From Octopus bimaculoides (Eukaryota), in NCBI RefSeq assembly GCF_001194135.2, contig NC_068984.1, forward strand, positions 57,964,383-58,028,382: a DNA stretch of 64,000 nt, given 5' to 3'. How positions within the stretch are numbered: the first letter of the stretch is position 1; each line of letters begins with the position of its first letter. Below are positions 37,584-51,384 of the stretch, one piece after another. A program made the translations under genes and the position numbers. Below the pieces are notes generated by a model. It had not been told where the DNA came from. It ran no database searches and saw only the letters and a program-made list of their open reading frames with translations.

Positions 37584-38576
37584 CCCTTTAGTTTTCTGAC
37601 TGACCAAAACCAACCAAAAATAATTCCCCATATCTGATTCCTCTATGAAATCACTAAAATATAAACAAATGACGTTATTGAATATTTGTAGCTTTTTGTC
37701 TTTATTCAAGTAAAAATACTGTGAAATTTTTTAAACTTTTTGGTTTTCTCAATGTTTGGAGAGAAGTGTATATCTTAGTTTTTAATGATATGGCATCAGC
37801 AAGTAGTGATTCTGACTTTGAAGGTTTTACTCTTGATGTACAAAATATAAACGAAAACAACAGTGATTTATCTTCAGATGAATCTGATATTGATATTTAT
37901 GAATCTTTGTCAGACGAGGAAGATTTTGATAATGAAAGTGATGAAAATGATATTGAAAACATTATGGCAACATGGTTGAAGATTACTATATCAACCACAA
38001 TTACCGATTTCACAGAAAAGACTTGTCCACAATAAAAGTCTACTGTGCTCAACCATTGGACTATTTATTTTCATTTTTACCAAAATGTTTTTTTGAAACT
38101 GTCGCAGAGGAAACAAATAAATATGCTCAATGCATAATTTCTATTTGTGGAAGTCCCAATCCACTATCGCCGCCAACTGATACTGCGGAAATGTGAGCTT
38201 TTTTTACTATAAACATTATGTTTGGTATCAAACAGCTTCCTTGACTGTGGAAGTACTGGAGTCTTGATATAAGGTATGGTGATCCATTTATCTCCAGCAT
38301 TGTCTAACTATAAGTAATTAATACTAGACATATTATCCAGCCTTGCCTGATAAAGTATTCACGGAATTGGTTGCCAGTTTGTAGAATGGGAATTCACGGT
38401 ACTTATGCATGTATATATATTTAACCTAACTTCTGGACTTATTTTATTGGAACCAAACAATTTACATGAGTAGAAGCTTTTTTCTAACAATTTTTATCTT
38501 GAAAATCACCTGTTACTTTTGTTTTAAAGTGAAAGAGAAGAGAACTTGAAAGATGTATGAATGTGTATATGAAATG

Positions 38577-38636
<60 letters not shown>

Positions 38637-40411
38637 TGTGCCACTTACACATACATGAGAACACACATGTTCACTCACTCACACACTCTCTCGCTTTCTC
38701 TTTCTCACACACACACATACACACTCACATGCACACGTACGTACAAAAAAGATGTACACATGTATTGATGTATGTACATATACATGACAACACCCCCACT
38801 CACACTCTGTCTCTCTTTTTCTCTCTCTGTCTTCCTCTCCCTCTCTCTCTCTCTTTCACACACACACACACACACACGTCCATTTCATGTACACACATCT
38901 TTCACTTTCTCCTCTCTTTCACTTTCTCCTCTCTTTCACTTTAAAACAAAAGTAAATAAAAATTTTTTACGGAAATTAATGAACTTCGGATGATGAAATC
39001 ACATTCAGTTAAAAATATTTCTAAGTGTGTAAAATAGTATGTACGTCAAAAAGTCAAGGTTTTTTTTTTTCTGGGAGAGTGCGAAGACAATGTGTGTGTA
39101 TGTGTCAGATAGCGAACGTGTGTTTGTGTTGATTGACACACCATGACATTCATTATGTGTGTGTATGTGTATTGATGCCATGGAAGCCATGTATTTTTTT
39201 CATTAAAAAATAACAAAAAATGTGTTTATTGTTTAAATAGAGGTTCAAATGTCACAAAAATTTGTACTGCACTGCCAAAGGTAATTATGAAAATAAATAT
39301 GTAAAAAAAGTTAAGATAAAATATACTATTTCTGAGATATTTCAGTTACACACAAACATCCCTAGAGTTTTAATATTATCAAAATTTCTGTATGTAAAAA
39401 GTCACAAGGTACCTCTGCCACCAAGAGGCTATGACCATTTGAAATTTTGGGTAGACATCACATCTCAGTTACTTGAAGGCTTTTCTTCTTGAAAGCACTG
39501 AACTGTGAGAAAAACAAGATTAACTGAGGTGGATGTCAACAAAGAAAATATTGACATCTATAAACTTGAAAAAATAAATGGAAGGAAAAAAGTTTGCAGA
39601 CTGTGTTCGCTGCAAAAAAGAAAAATTGCGAAAGGGTATCAGGTCAAGACCTTATATATGTGTTTGTTTTGCAAAGTGCCCTTGTGTAAAGGGTGCTTTG
39701 GATAGTTTCACAATAGAAATATGGTATAACTATATTTTGGTGTTTAATAGTAATATTATCATATATTCCTATAATTTTATTACAAATAATATGTGAAAGT
39801 GAGAAATGCATATTTTTTTCAGCATGTTACACACTTGTATTCACCTTTGTTTCACCTGTTAATGAGCTTTTTTTATTAGATACATTCTGTTATGTAAATG
39901 TATTCATTAAATTATATAAGAGTTTATAGCTTTGGGATTATTGACTAGTAAAAGAGTTTTGTACTTTATTTCCAATGAAAAATTTTGAATGAAATATAGA
40001 GAAAGAATAAAATCCTGTACCAATTATACCTGTATTTTAATTAATTCAAATTAATGTACCTCATCTTGAAAAGTGGCAAAATTGTTGGTAGTTGACATCT
40101 GGGATAATTTTAGTAACAAATCAAACAGGTAAGATGCATTAAGAATTTCAATTTTAATGTTATTGCTTTTACACCTGTTAATTAAATTTACTTGCCCATA
40201 AAAGTCAAATTTAATGAGAAAGATCAGCTAAAATTACTTAACTATAAATCACTGGTCTATAAGCACTCACTGACAAAATTTCAAATCTGTATGTAAAAAA
40301 TTAACAAAGTTACAAGCAAATATTGTGGGCACCCCACTTGAACCTGAGTAATTCAAAATAATGTGAACAAATAAGCATTACATTTGACAGATTGATCTGA
40401 ACACTAAAGGG
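37584..40411 (+). mobile_element. Defective piggyBac (PGBD4-like) transposon, catalytic core missing
   Basis: TIRs CCCTTTAGTTTTCTGA / TCTGAACACTAAAGGG-TTAA. Acidic N-terminus from ATG 37790, then PLDYLFSF..VAEETNKYA and EM*AFF..IMFGIKQLP..KYWS..DPFI. C-terminal Cys-rich CRLC...CLFCKVPLCKGCF at ~39595-39700. Confidence 0.88.
38324..39241 (-). mobile_element. Microsatellite-rich Helitron-like insertion inside the piggyBac
   Basis: Minus-strand 3' end caggcaaggctggataatatgtCTAG|t. Shares the cacac..catttcat..aaataaaattttt.acgga block with 62620-62735. Confidence 0.5.
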
Positions 40412-41246
40412 TTAAGGCAAGAAGATCAACACTCATGACCCTTTGCAAAGTCTTCAGGACTCAAATGTAGAGAATTATCCTCTGACTAAAGATCTGGCTT
40501 GATTGGTTGCAATAGATTAGATTCTACTAAGGTTGCACAAAGGCTAGTTAATAGTACTAAACAAAATTTCAGATTAAGTCTACTACCCAAGTTGGAAGGA
40601 TTATAGAAAGATAAAACTAAATCCTATAAAACTCTATTTTTTTTACTTTATTGTTTTTATTGCTGGCTTTAATTAAAATAAATTTAGCTAACTGATATTG
40701 GAATTTATCAATTCTGAGTAGGAGCGGAGATATCATATAGTTGAAATTGCATTTATACTTTTATTAGTGAATGGTAAAAACTAACAGAAAACAAGCATTC
40801 ATTTTCTGATATATTTTAAATGTAGAATCTCTACACACAGGTAGTTTTATGAAGAGAGTATATTTATTATAACAAGAGAAAATAGCCTCATTTGTTGGAC
40901 CTTACAAAATTTTTAAATGGAAGAGATGATGACATATTTTGGAGCGCTGTTTCTTATGGAAATTTGGCAGCTCCCAACTTGTAGATATTAATTGGAGTGC
41001 AAATTCAGGTCTGAGACAGAAAATCAATAGCCAGGAATCAGTACCTTGATAATACATGTGAAAACAACTATATGTAACCAACTTACCTGGACAAGTGAGT
41101 GATATGACAACAGAAAAATCCCACATTCACACTATACATCAGTCATTATATTGTACACACGAATTTCATCCAGTTCCATGCAATAGATATATTTATGATT
41201 TTTTTATACTGGACTAACTGCATTTCAAAATTTAGTTTCTTACAGA

Positions 41247-41282
<36 letters not shown>

Positions 41283-43409
41283 AGTTGTTGGCAATGTTGT
41301 TACTAAGGGTGTCTGAAGAAAGTTTATGAGAAGGTGAATGAAAGAATTGAAGAATTTATTAAGCATATTACCAGAATGACTCTATAACCTTTATTTAAGG
41401 TAGTCTTTGCTAAGTTAGTGTTAACATATTTTATGTACAATACATTACGAAGCTAACTAGAAATAAATATGTAATGAGGTAAAAAATTATATTAGTCAAT
41501 GACATATATATTCATTTTCCAGCAAGTTCAGAATACTATGCCAAATATTTTGGTCTTCCGTTCACATCAACAAAGCATATCTTCATTGTACTTATTGAAG
41601 TATTGATAAAACATTTATTAAGTAGATGTACAAAATTGCTTGTAGGTTAGTGGTTATTCAACCTCTTTGAAAGAGAGGTGAGGGTAAGCTTCTGCTGGTA
41701 GCATAGCTATTTGGTTATTTGTAAAAAAACAATTCAGGAAGGAAAGGTTTGAAGCTGAACAAAATTGAAATCATGAAAATGTTACATTTAACTATAGATA
41801 CTAAGAATTGTTAATGTTCTAGTTTGTGAGGATACATGACAAAATCTTTAGCTCTGTACTCAGTAACATATTAAGAGAAACAAGCATATTGTCATTCTGA
41901 GAACTTGCTGAAGAGGCAGTAAGAATGGGGACAGAAAAACCTACTTCCATTGGAGGTTAGCAGTAGAAATATGTGTGATGTTTCTACTGCCGAATGTAAC
42001 AAAATGTCAGCAGTAGAAACATTTCTACTACTATCTGACAAAATGTGAATGTAACATTCATGTAAAGCTTTTAGTGTTTGAAGGATAGTTGCTGAAAATA
42101 TAAAAACTTGTTGCCCTTTTACTGTCAATTTTTTTTGTAATGAGAAGGCATTTATATCTGATAGATTGGATCAGCTGCTGCAAACATGAAAAATATTAGA
42201 AAGAAAATGGTGGTTGATTTGTTTCAGCCTACATTCATGAAAATAAGGGCTATTTGAATTATTCTTTGACTTGAGTTAGAGAAATCATTTAATAGGCAGT
42301 AATATTTAGTATGGGCTGTTTTGAGTTATAAATCATTAATCTTCCTTTATAAATTCTCATTTATTTGAATAAACATGCATGTAATGTATAAGTGTGTATG
42401 TAATGACTGCTTGCACATATGTGAGTAATGATCACATGCTTATGCATGTTTGTAGTTATTGAATGAGCATAAATGTAACTAAATGCATGACTGATAACCT
42501 GTATGCATAATCATCCCTTCATGGTCAACTGAAAATTGTATATAAAAGTTGCATGTACAAAATAACTTGGATAGGAAAATGCTAGAAAACTATACAAAAA
42601 TCCTTTATAAATTTCTTAAACCTAAAGTAGATGTAAAAAGTAGCTATTTTTACAGAAAGTGCATCTCACACTCAGCAGACAACTAACATGTTAGATACAA
42701 TTACTGAAGCTTTAGAATATAAGTAACTGTGATATTGGTACACTGAAGAGTGATATCACTTGACATGAATTATATTTATTAGCTGTAACAATAGAACACA
42801 TACTTCATGTGGCTTTCTATCTAGGGCTGGATTAATTTGCAGATTTGTCCTTCAAATGTCATTGTCATCTCTTAGTTATACAAAACATGGGAAAAAAAAA
42901 AAACAACTGTTAACAAAAGCTTGTGAGCCACCAGTAATTTCAGCAACCATCTNNNNNNNNNNNNNNNNNNNNNNNNNNNNNNNNNNNNNNNNNNNCCCCA
43001 CCGCTATCACACACATGAACACATTTATATTATACATGCACATGTAAAGCAAGAATTCCATTGTGGATGTAATCATAGGATCTTTACTCTTCAGAGCATT
43101 GTTTTAAACAGTATATGGAATTTAAGCAGTCTGTCAATCAGTTTCATTCACTTCAAGAAAGCAATCAACAGTACATATGGACAGTCTTTGTGGAATATTG
43201 TTAGGACCTAGTGTGTCCTGCAGTGTATGTAGAGCATGCTTAAAAGCTGCAGAGTAACTTTTAAGATACATTGCTTGTTAGAAACATAACTATTAATTTA
43301 TGTATCAAAGTAGATATATTGATGAGAAGCATTCTCATTGGACAGAAATAAATATAAATGGAGAATAATCTGTCAAATGGTGTTTATTTTATGAATCATA
43401 GTTTCTGTT

Positions 43410-43560
43410 GCGTGTGTGTATAATGGGTGTGTGGTTAAAAAGTTTGCATGGCATCCATGTCGTTTTAGGGCAAGTGTCTTCTATAGCCTTGGGTTGACTA
43501 AATCCTTAGGAGTGAATTTGGTTGCCAGAAACTGCAGAAATCATTGTGTGTGTGTGTGTG
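43410..43560 (+). mobile_element. Degenerate SINE family B fragment
   Basis: gggcaagtgtcttctatagccttggg...gagtgaatttgg. Confidence 0.65.
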
Positions 43561-44374
43561 TTGTGTGATAAGTTTACATCTCTGTTAATATTACAGTCAA
43601 TTGGTTTACATTTTCAAAGATCTGTGGAAAATGTAATTCCTGATTTGAAAAACAGGTAAGGGTTGGTAGCATGAAGAACATCTGGCTGTAAAATTGTGCC
43701 ACAGATAAGTCGCTGACCAACCATGCTAATATGGACAAACATGCTAAAGGAACGAATAAATGAATATTTGTGAAACAAGTTTTCAAATATTTTATATTAA
43801 AGATATAACTAGGTTCAAGTTTTTAAATAATTTTTCATATATTCTTATTAGTCCTTTGGAACAATAATGTTATGAAGCTTATTAACATCTGCAGATCAAT
43901 CATGTATTCTTTTACTCTTTCTTTTCTCTATCTTGTGTCATGTATTGCAGTCTAATAGTTCATGTAGCAACAGTTTGAAATTGTTATACTTAAAAAAAAA
44001 AAAAATGGTATTAATTGAATACATCTAGATTAGAATCATCTCTGAATGAGTTAAGTTGCTAAGTAAGCACAGTGTTTTTGGGAATGATTTCATAAAGCCT
44101 TTTCATTGATTGTTTTTTCTTTTAAATTCTTATTTTAAAATTTTATTAAAAGACAAGTTATGTATTTCAACAGAAATATAACAAAAAGGTTAATCCAATA
44201 CATTAGCTGAAACCAGTTCATTTTTTTTATAGTTCAAGAAGTATTTTACATTTGTGTTGCTTGTAAGTTTATTTTTTACTCATAAAATTCCATTGGTAAT
44301 ATTTTCATAAAATTTTTAGTCAGGCATTTGAACCAATGCTTGAGTTTAGTCCATAACCTGTCTACATGCATATG

Positions 44375-44382
44375 CACACACA

Positions 44383-44426
<44 letters not shown>

Positions 44427-44428
44427 TG

Positions 44429-44459
<31 letters not shown>

Positions 44460-44470
44460 ACGTGCGTGCA
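44375..44470. repeat. (GCAC)n/(CA)n microsatellite
   Basis: Direct reading. Confidence 0.95.
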
Positions 44471-45862
44471 CATGCTTCATTCAAATTCAAGCAGACCCAA
44501 ATTTTTTCTAGAACCTAATTTTTATATGTGGACTCATGAATAAAATTTAAGTGAAAGTTGCATGTATCTTTGTTTTAGACAATCATTTTGATAACTTACC
44601 TGACTAATTGGCATAGAGCTGCTTATCAGCATATTCTAATCTCTGACAAACAAACATAGTATCCTTGTTCTGCCTTTTCTACTGCAGTAGCCTTTACTTC
44701 TTGGAGCTGGCTGTTGTTGTGCCAGTAGCAGGCCCACTTGTCTCACTCATCGCTCCCACTTTTGTTCCTCTTATTATGTCTAGTCTTCTAAATCCTGCGC
44801 CAATTGCTATGCCCTATCCTTTCTTTTCGTGATATTTACTCATAGTGGCATAAAAATTCCCCTTCATATATGATGGCTAACACTTTATGTGTGTGTGTGT
44901 GTCTGTATATATATATATATATATATATNNNNNNNNNNNNNNNNNNNNNNNNNNNNNNNNNNNNNNNNNNNNNNNNNNNNNNNNNNNNNNNNNNNNNNNN
45001 NNNNNNNNNNNNNNNNNNNNNNNNNNNNNNNNNNNNNNNNNNNNNNNNNNNNNNNNNNNNNNNNNNNNNNNNNNNNNNNNNNNNNNNNNNNNNNNNNNNN
45101 NNNNNNNNNNNNNNNNNNNNNNNNNNNNNNNNNNNNNNNNNNNNNNNNNNNNNNNNNNNNNNNNNNNNNNNNNNNNNNNNNNNNNNNNNNNNNNNNNNNN
45201 NNNNNNNNNNNNNNNNNNNNNNNNNNNNNNNNNNNNNNNNNNNNNNNNNNNNNNNNNNNNNNNNNNNNNNNNNNNNNNNNNNNNNNNNNNNNNNNNNNNN
45301 NNNNNNNNNNNNNNNNNNNNNNNNNNNNNNNNNNNNNNNNNNNNNNNNNNNNNNNNNNNNNNNNNNNNNNNNNNNNNNNNNNNNNNNNNNNNNNNNNNNN
45401 NNNNNNNNNNNNNNNNNNNNNNNNNNNNNNNNNNNNNNNNNNNNNNNNNNNNNNNNNNNNNNNNNNNNNNNNNNNNNNNNNNNNNNNNNNNNNNNNNNNN
45501 NNNNNNNNNNNNNNNNNNNNNNNNNNNNNNNNNNNNNNNNNNNNNNNNNNNNNNNNNNNNNNNNNNNNNNNNNNNNNNNNNNNNNNNNNNNNNNNNNNNN
45601 NNNNNNNNNNNNNNNNNNNNNNNNNNNNNNNNNNNNNNNNNNNNNNNNNNNNNNNNNNNNNNNNNNNNNNNNNNNNNNNNNNNNNNNNNNNNNNNNNNNN
45701 NNNNNNNNNNNNNNNNNNNNNNNNNNNNNNNNNNNNNNNNNNNNNNNNNNNNNNNNNNNNNNNNNNNNNNNNNNNNNNNNNNNNNNNNNNNNNNNNNNNN
45801 NNNNNNNNNNNNNNNNNNNNNNNNNNNNNNNNNNNNNNNNNNNNNNNNNNNNNNNNNNNNNN

Positions 45863-45904
<42 letters not shown>

Positions 45905-45910
<6 letters not shown>

Positions 45911-46070
45911 GCTTCTTTCAGTTTCTATCTACCAAATCCACTCACAAGGCTTTGGTTGACCTGAAGCTATAATGGAAGATGTTTGCTCAAGGAGCCACAC
46001 AGTAGGAATGAATCTGGAATCATGTGGTTGGAAAGCAAACTTCTTACCACAGAGCGATGCCTGCACCTGT
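45905..46070 (-). mobile_element. SINE family B head, ~150 bp upstream of the NIPBL coding-exon acceptor
   Basis: gatgggcttctttcagtttc..ctaccaaatccactcacaaggc...catgtggttgg. Confidence 0.8.
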
Positions 46071-46253
46071 GTATATGTTGGACTTTTTTAAAATTGTTCA
46101 TTTTATTGTTTACGGTGAATTGGTTTACTGATTTTATATGAGACTAACTATTTTGTTTCTTCATATATGTGTTTATTTTTGAAAATAATGTTATAGATAT
46201 TTTCATAACTTCTTTTATAGATGTAACTTGGTTTAAAGGATGTACTAAATCAC

Positions 46254-46320
46254 ATGATGAATGGTGAAATCCCTAGTGTTCCTATCATAACATTGGCAGG
46301 AGTAACAACTCTTACGGATT
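46254..46320 (+). CDS. NIPBL: NIPBL (Nipped-B/Scc2 cohesin loader) first coding exon, (M)MNGEIPSVPIITLAGVTTLTD-
   Basis: Exon 46221-46320 with ttttatAG acceptor and GTAAGT donor. From ATG 46257 (A at -3) there are 64 coding nt, phase 1. Matches the conserved NIPBL N-terminus MNGDMPHVPITTLAGIASLTDL. Confidence 0.93.
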
Positions 46321-47032
46321 GTAAGTATTGTCATTGTTTTTGTTCTTAATCTATGAATGTGTTAGAATTATACAATTATTAAAGTGTTTAACTCTTTATT
46401 CACCCATTAGCAAATTTGCTTTATTTCTATGAGAAAAATGAATATTTAAAAAAGAAAAAGAAAACTATTCAATTTCATTAGATTGTCTTAAACCAATTTT
46501 GAAGTTTATGGTGGTGGGGAAGGAATATTTTCATAAATACTATGAGTATTAGTATTTAAATTTGCATGCCAAGAATTTTTAATGATTATAAGAGTTTCTT
46601 TTATTGAATGTTGAAAATGTTCTTTTGAAATAATGTTCAGTTTTGGGAGTATATATTATTTTTTCTTTCAAGCAGCATTTTAGAAGCTGGAAACAATGAA
46701 ATGTATGAATTTAAATGATTGAAAATAATTTCAAAATTCTTATGAAATTGTAATTGCATCTAATTTTATGTTTTAATTTCCTGTTAAAGATGACTTAGAA
46801 AAATGCTTGGGAAAATTATTTAATCTATGATTAAGTAATTTTAATGAAAATGTTTCACTGAATACTTTTGAAAGAATTGTTTTCCTTTTCACACTATATT
46901 TGCAAAATATATATAGCTTGACAAAAAAAAAAAAAAAAAAAAAAAAAAATCAACTTTTTATATTTAAATTTTATTTCGTGTAGTGTCCAAAGGTAACTGA
47001 AGCCACATTTCATGATAATCCATTTTAGTGTG

Positions 47033-47070
<38 letters not shown>

Positions 47071-48179
47071 TTCATTTTAATATTTCTGAAAAATAAATGC
47101 AATTTTTTTTTAGTCCAGTGGAGAGTTTTTTTTCAATATTTATTTGTTATCACCTGCAGTCTTTCTCATAGTGAACGATAAAAGTATTGTATCCTATGAA
47201 TTTACAAACATATTGTCTTGTCATGTTATTTTAGAATGCATTTTATCTTGGAGAATCAGATGTTTCCAACATCTGATGTTTCCAGTATGCAGAATTACTC
47301 CTCATAATTTTCTTTTGAAATATGATATAATTTCTGTAATTGTAAAGAAATTATATATAATAGCCCTCTTTTAAGTAAACAATTTTTATTTCAACAGAAC
47401 AAATTAAATTTTAGATTTGTAATAAATTCTTTGTGTGCACGCGTGTGTGCACACACACACACACGAAAAAAAAAACCCAAAAAACGAGGAAATTTTAATC
47501 ATTTCAGTATTATTTTTCATTATGTTTCAGTATGATTTCACTATTCTTATGCCATTGAGGTTTACTTTCTTAGATGTTTTAAACATATAAGCAAATATCT
47601 ATTAAAGCTAATCTTAAATTCCGTAGTATAATGTCTCTGTCTTTAATAAAGTATTGCTGAGATTTTCAGATACGTTGCTTTCATAATTATTAAAATGTTT
47701 TTGCACTATTAATCAATTTTATTTCTCATTCTCAATTCAAGTTTTCTCACCACTTTTTTTCCACATATAGGTACATCTTAACTTCATGAAGCCAATATAT
47801 ATATCATGCTGAAAATTTCCAGTATTGTTTCTGTCTGTTCTTATCTATTACAGTTGTGGTTAGTGTTACAAAGGTGACATCCCGATACTCCATTTTTGAT
47901 TAGTATTAAGGAAATTGTAAAGCCATGAGCAATTACAGAAAACCTCATCGAATCAGAAATGGCTAAATACATTTAGAGTAAAAAGAAGTTAAGGAAATGT
48001 TCAGTAATTGTTATTTGATAAGGAAAGGAAAGCAGAAACAAATCATTGGAAAATTAAAGTACTAGCTCACATTAGCTCAAATTTTATCTTCCTTAACAGG
48101 TTTCACATAGATATTTACATAGAAGTTTAATTAGTTAATTTTATCAAACTAATTTTTTCATAGTTTTGATTTTTGTTTT

Positions 48180-48380
48180 CTTCCCTGAATATCTTCTGCC
48201 ACCATTTTTTCATTCAGCGTGCATCATCCACTTACATTACATTTCTCTTGCATATTTGGTCAGTTTCTTTGAGGCACAAACACGTTTCCAACATACTGTG
48301 CTCAACTCTTCCTTTCCAATCATTGCAACTTTTCTGCTTTCACAGCCATATGCAATTTACCTTTTATTGAGAGAATTCTT
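48180..48380 (-). mobile_element. Decayed RTE-like LINE C-terminal fragment
   Basis: Minus strand reads ..YGCESRKV..ELSTVCWKR.., resembling the RTE LLYGCETW...CLRRI region. Confidence 0.4.
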
Positions 48381-49833
48381 TTGTTGCCAAAAGAGACAGA
48401 AGTTCTTCCACCCACAGCTATTAGACTAATATTAGCTGCTTATTTATTTCTAGAACACTCAAATTATCTAGAGCTCATGATCTTCAGTCTACATTAGTTG
48501 ATCTGCTGCATGTAAAATTTTGGTTATTTTGGTCTATTCTACAGCAGATTTTGTGTATCAATTTAATACACTGACTACACAATATTCTTGTTCTGTCCTT
48601 TCTTGCATACTGAATAATCATTTGCTCAAGATATTTATATAGAATTAAAAGATAATTTTTTTCAATTAATTACATAGCTTATTTTTGAGATGAGTTATGA
48701 CTGTAGTAAACATTGATCAGACCATTTACTGCATCTTTGTTTTCCAAATAAGTCACTTATATTAGAAAAAAAGGAATGTGGTTATAATTTACTTGTTTTT
48801 TTTAAAAAAAATTCTTATTGATTTTTAACTATTAGAAATATTTGTACATATGTCATGATATTTTAGTGTACAAGCCACAAGGTATATTAATTGATATTTT
48901 AGGATATCTAGAATTAATTTTAGTACAGTGACATTACTCTCAATTATTAAGGATTACATTTTAGAGTTGTCAGAGATAATTACTCTCTTGATTTTTGAAA
49001 ATAGTGTGTTTTTCTAGATTGTAGAGACTTAATTTAGGATTTTGTTAATTTAAGAATCTGTTCATTTGGTACACTGTCCCTAATTTATTCACAGTTTCTT
49101 GTAGACATAACATTAACATTGATTTTTCATTTGAAGGTTACTTCAAACTTGTAATATGTCTGTGATTTTAGCAAAGGGCATATTAATAACAGAAGTGAAG
49201 TGATTTCAACTGGCAACTTAAATAGATACAAGCAATTTGTTGAGCACATTATTTGATATTTCATAGTAAAAACAATAGCTTGAAAGTTTTTCAAAATACA
49301 CCAAGCACTTTAATGTAGAATGAAGATTGTCTTTAAAAACTCCACACAAAACAGTTCATAAACACTTACAAATTCATTCATTTGTTTTTAATTGTTAAAA
49401 AGGAACACATTTTAAAGGTTTAAATTTCTATGTAGTCTGCTTTTGATTAGTTTAATTTTTTTGTTAAAGATAGTTAAAAAAATTAGTTTTAATTTCAACA
49501 TTTTTTATCATAATGTAAAGATATATTGCTAAGCATATTTTGGAAGATTTTTTGTGATTTTAGTTACAAAGTAAGTGTAAGATAATAAATATAAGTTCTT
49601 TTAATAAGCAACTTTTGTAAAGATAAACTTCAAATTGTGGTAGATAAATTTATCTTTTTAAGTGAAAGTTTATTAGAAAATGAATTTTACTTATTTTTAT
49701 GAACTTATCTTGTCCTAACTACTGGTATATAAATTCTGAAACTAAAATTAATTGCATTATTTTAACTTGTACTATGCTCACCTTTTTTTAAAGGTTTCCA
49801 AATTGTTAAATAAAAATCCCTTTATTGTGGTGG

Positions 49834-49875
<42 letters not shown>

Positions 49876-50199
49876 ATATTTTTTTTTGTGGCAGGTTATA
49901 ATCTGAGTTTGTGTGTGTAGTCAGTATTATTTGATAAAATGTAATTTCTATTATGTTGATGCTTGAAGTTCATGCAATGACTACAATACTGTCTTAATGT
50001 TATCCACTAAAAATTCAAAGAAAAGTGGCTGGTTATTGTCAGAATTATTGTCAGAAAACTTTTTCAAAAATTTCAAGAAAATAACTGAATTAAATCACCA
50101 TTCTTATCCTTGGACTTGTGAAAAAATAGATTTAAAAAAAAATTACATTATATTAAAATAGCTGCATGGTTATTGCTTGTGTAGTGAAGATTCCACATG

Positions 50200-50760
50200 A
50201 TTGATCCAGATTTGCTTGAATCTTCTGTAATCAGTGTCTTTTTCTTTGCCAAAATGATCATTACCAACCTTACAGAATTCTCTTTTTTCTATTTCTTAAT
50301 CATGTTGGTTTTGAAAGCTATAATCTCACATAGAAAGCCTCAGCATTTGTCACCTGCTTTGCACCCAAATCCTTACTGTATACACAAGGCAAAATTTCCT
50401 CTGAAATTATCCTCTTCACTTCAATGGGCTCACTCCCATGCACAATCACACATCAAGAGCACTTATTGTATCTAGCCAATGAAGCCACTGGTTCACATGG
50501 TCTCCCTTCCATTTCTTTCAAACAGTTGCCCCAGAGCTGGCCTCTATACTCACCAAACTGTTCAATCTCTGATTCTAAGGAATAAATGCTGATTGTTTCA
50601 AACATTCTGCTATATGTCTAACTCCCAAGATCCTACCAGCTATTATCGTGTTACTTCTAACATTTCAAAGGTGATGAAAATAACCACAAATATAATATTT
50701 GACTACCAGTATGGCTTTTGTAAAGCTAATCTACTGAAAACCTCACCTATATCATTTATC
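50200..50760 (+). mobile_element. Decayed CR1/L2/Jockey-type LINE RT fragment
   Basis: Frameshifted EATGSHGLPS..(C)PELASILTKLFNL, DPTSYYRVTSNISKVMK and DYQYGFCK, matching RT domain 0-2 motifs (KA.GPDG, NYRPISL, QYGFR). Confidence 0.7.
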
Positions 50761-51012
50761 AGTGGGTTTGTGCACATTTCTTTTCATTTTTTATTATAAA
50801 CTTATGCCTATGAAAACAGCCAGTGCATACACACATACATGTAAGATAATGAGAAGGATAATTTGAGAGGTAAAACTATGGTAAAATAGCATTTCTGAAT
50901 TTATTATAGCCTTATTATTTAATTGACTTCCCACTACTCGTGTTATTTAGTAATTTATAAGCTGTCATGTGTTAGTACTTCTGCACAGTTATTGTTGTTG
51001 TTGTTCTTATTA

Positions 51013-51378
51013 TTATTACCTCCACCTTAGCGAAAGTGGAGCTATTGTTTTCAGTTTGTTTGTTTGTTTGTCTGTGGACAAGATATCACAAGAACTGCTG
51101 GATGGATTTGGATGAAACTCTCATGGATATTTGGCCTTGTGACTGGCATAAACTGATTAGATTTTGGGATCGATCCGGTATCAGACAAGGTTTCTGGATT
51201 ATTTTTCTTGTTTTTTACTTAATTTTTGAGAGTGGTCAGGTTCATTTTTAGTATTCTTGTTTGTGAAAGCAGTTGAGTTTATTTAAGATATTCTCATTTT
51301 AAAAATTATCTCTGGCTAATCATTGAGAGGATGTTGATGTTGCCTTGGCAGAGGTTTGTGCTCTCTGAGTGCTCTTAT
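51013..51378 (+). mobile_element. Helentron-associated non-autonomous element (HINE/DINE-like)
   Basis: ttattacctccac...gtggag, then (GTTT)n and ggatggatttggatgaaact; ends ccttggcagagg..tgctctctgagtgc. Confidence 0.7.
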
Positions 51379-51384
51379 TATATT

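Noticed and set aside
40430-40470. Minus-strand CTGAAGA followed by a CTTTG/CAAAG stem
   Set aside because: No GAAA after the stem; not a hammerhead.
41075-41130. Minus-strand donor-like CCAG|GTAAGT suggesting an antisense exon
   Set aside because: An isolated motif with no supporting partner exon or ORF.
41965-42035. Short GCAGTAGAAA/TTTCTACTGC hairpins
   Set aside because: Stem of ~14 bp is too short for a pre-miRNA; likely a local duplication.
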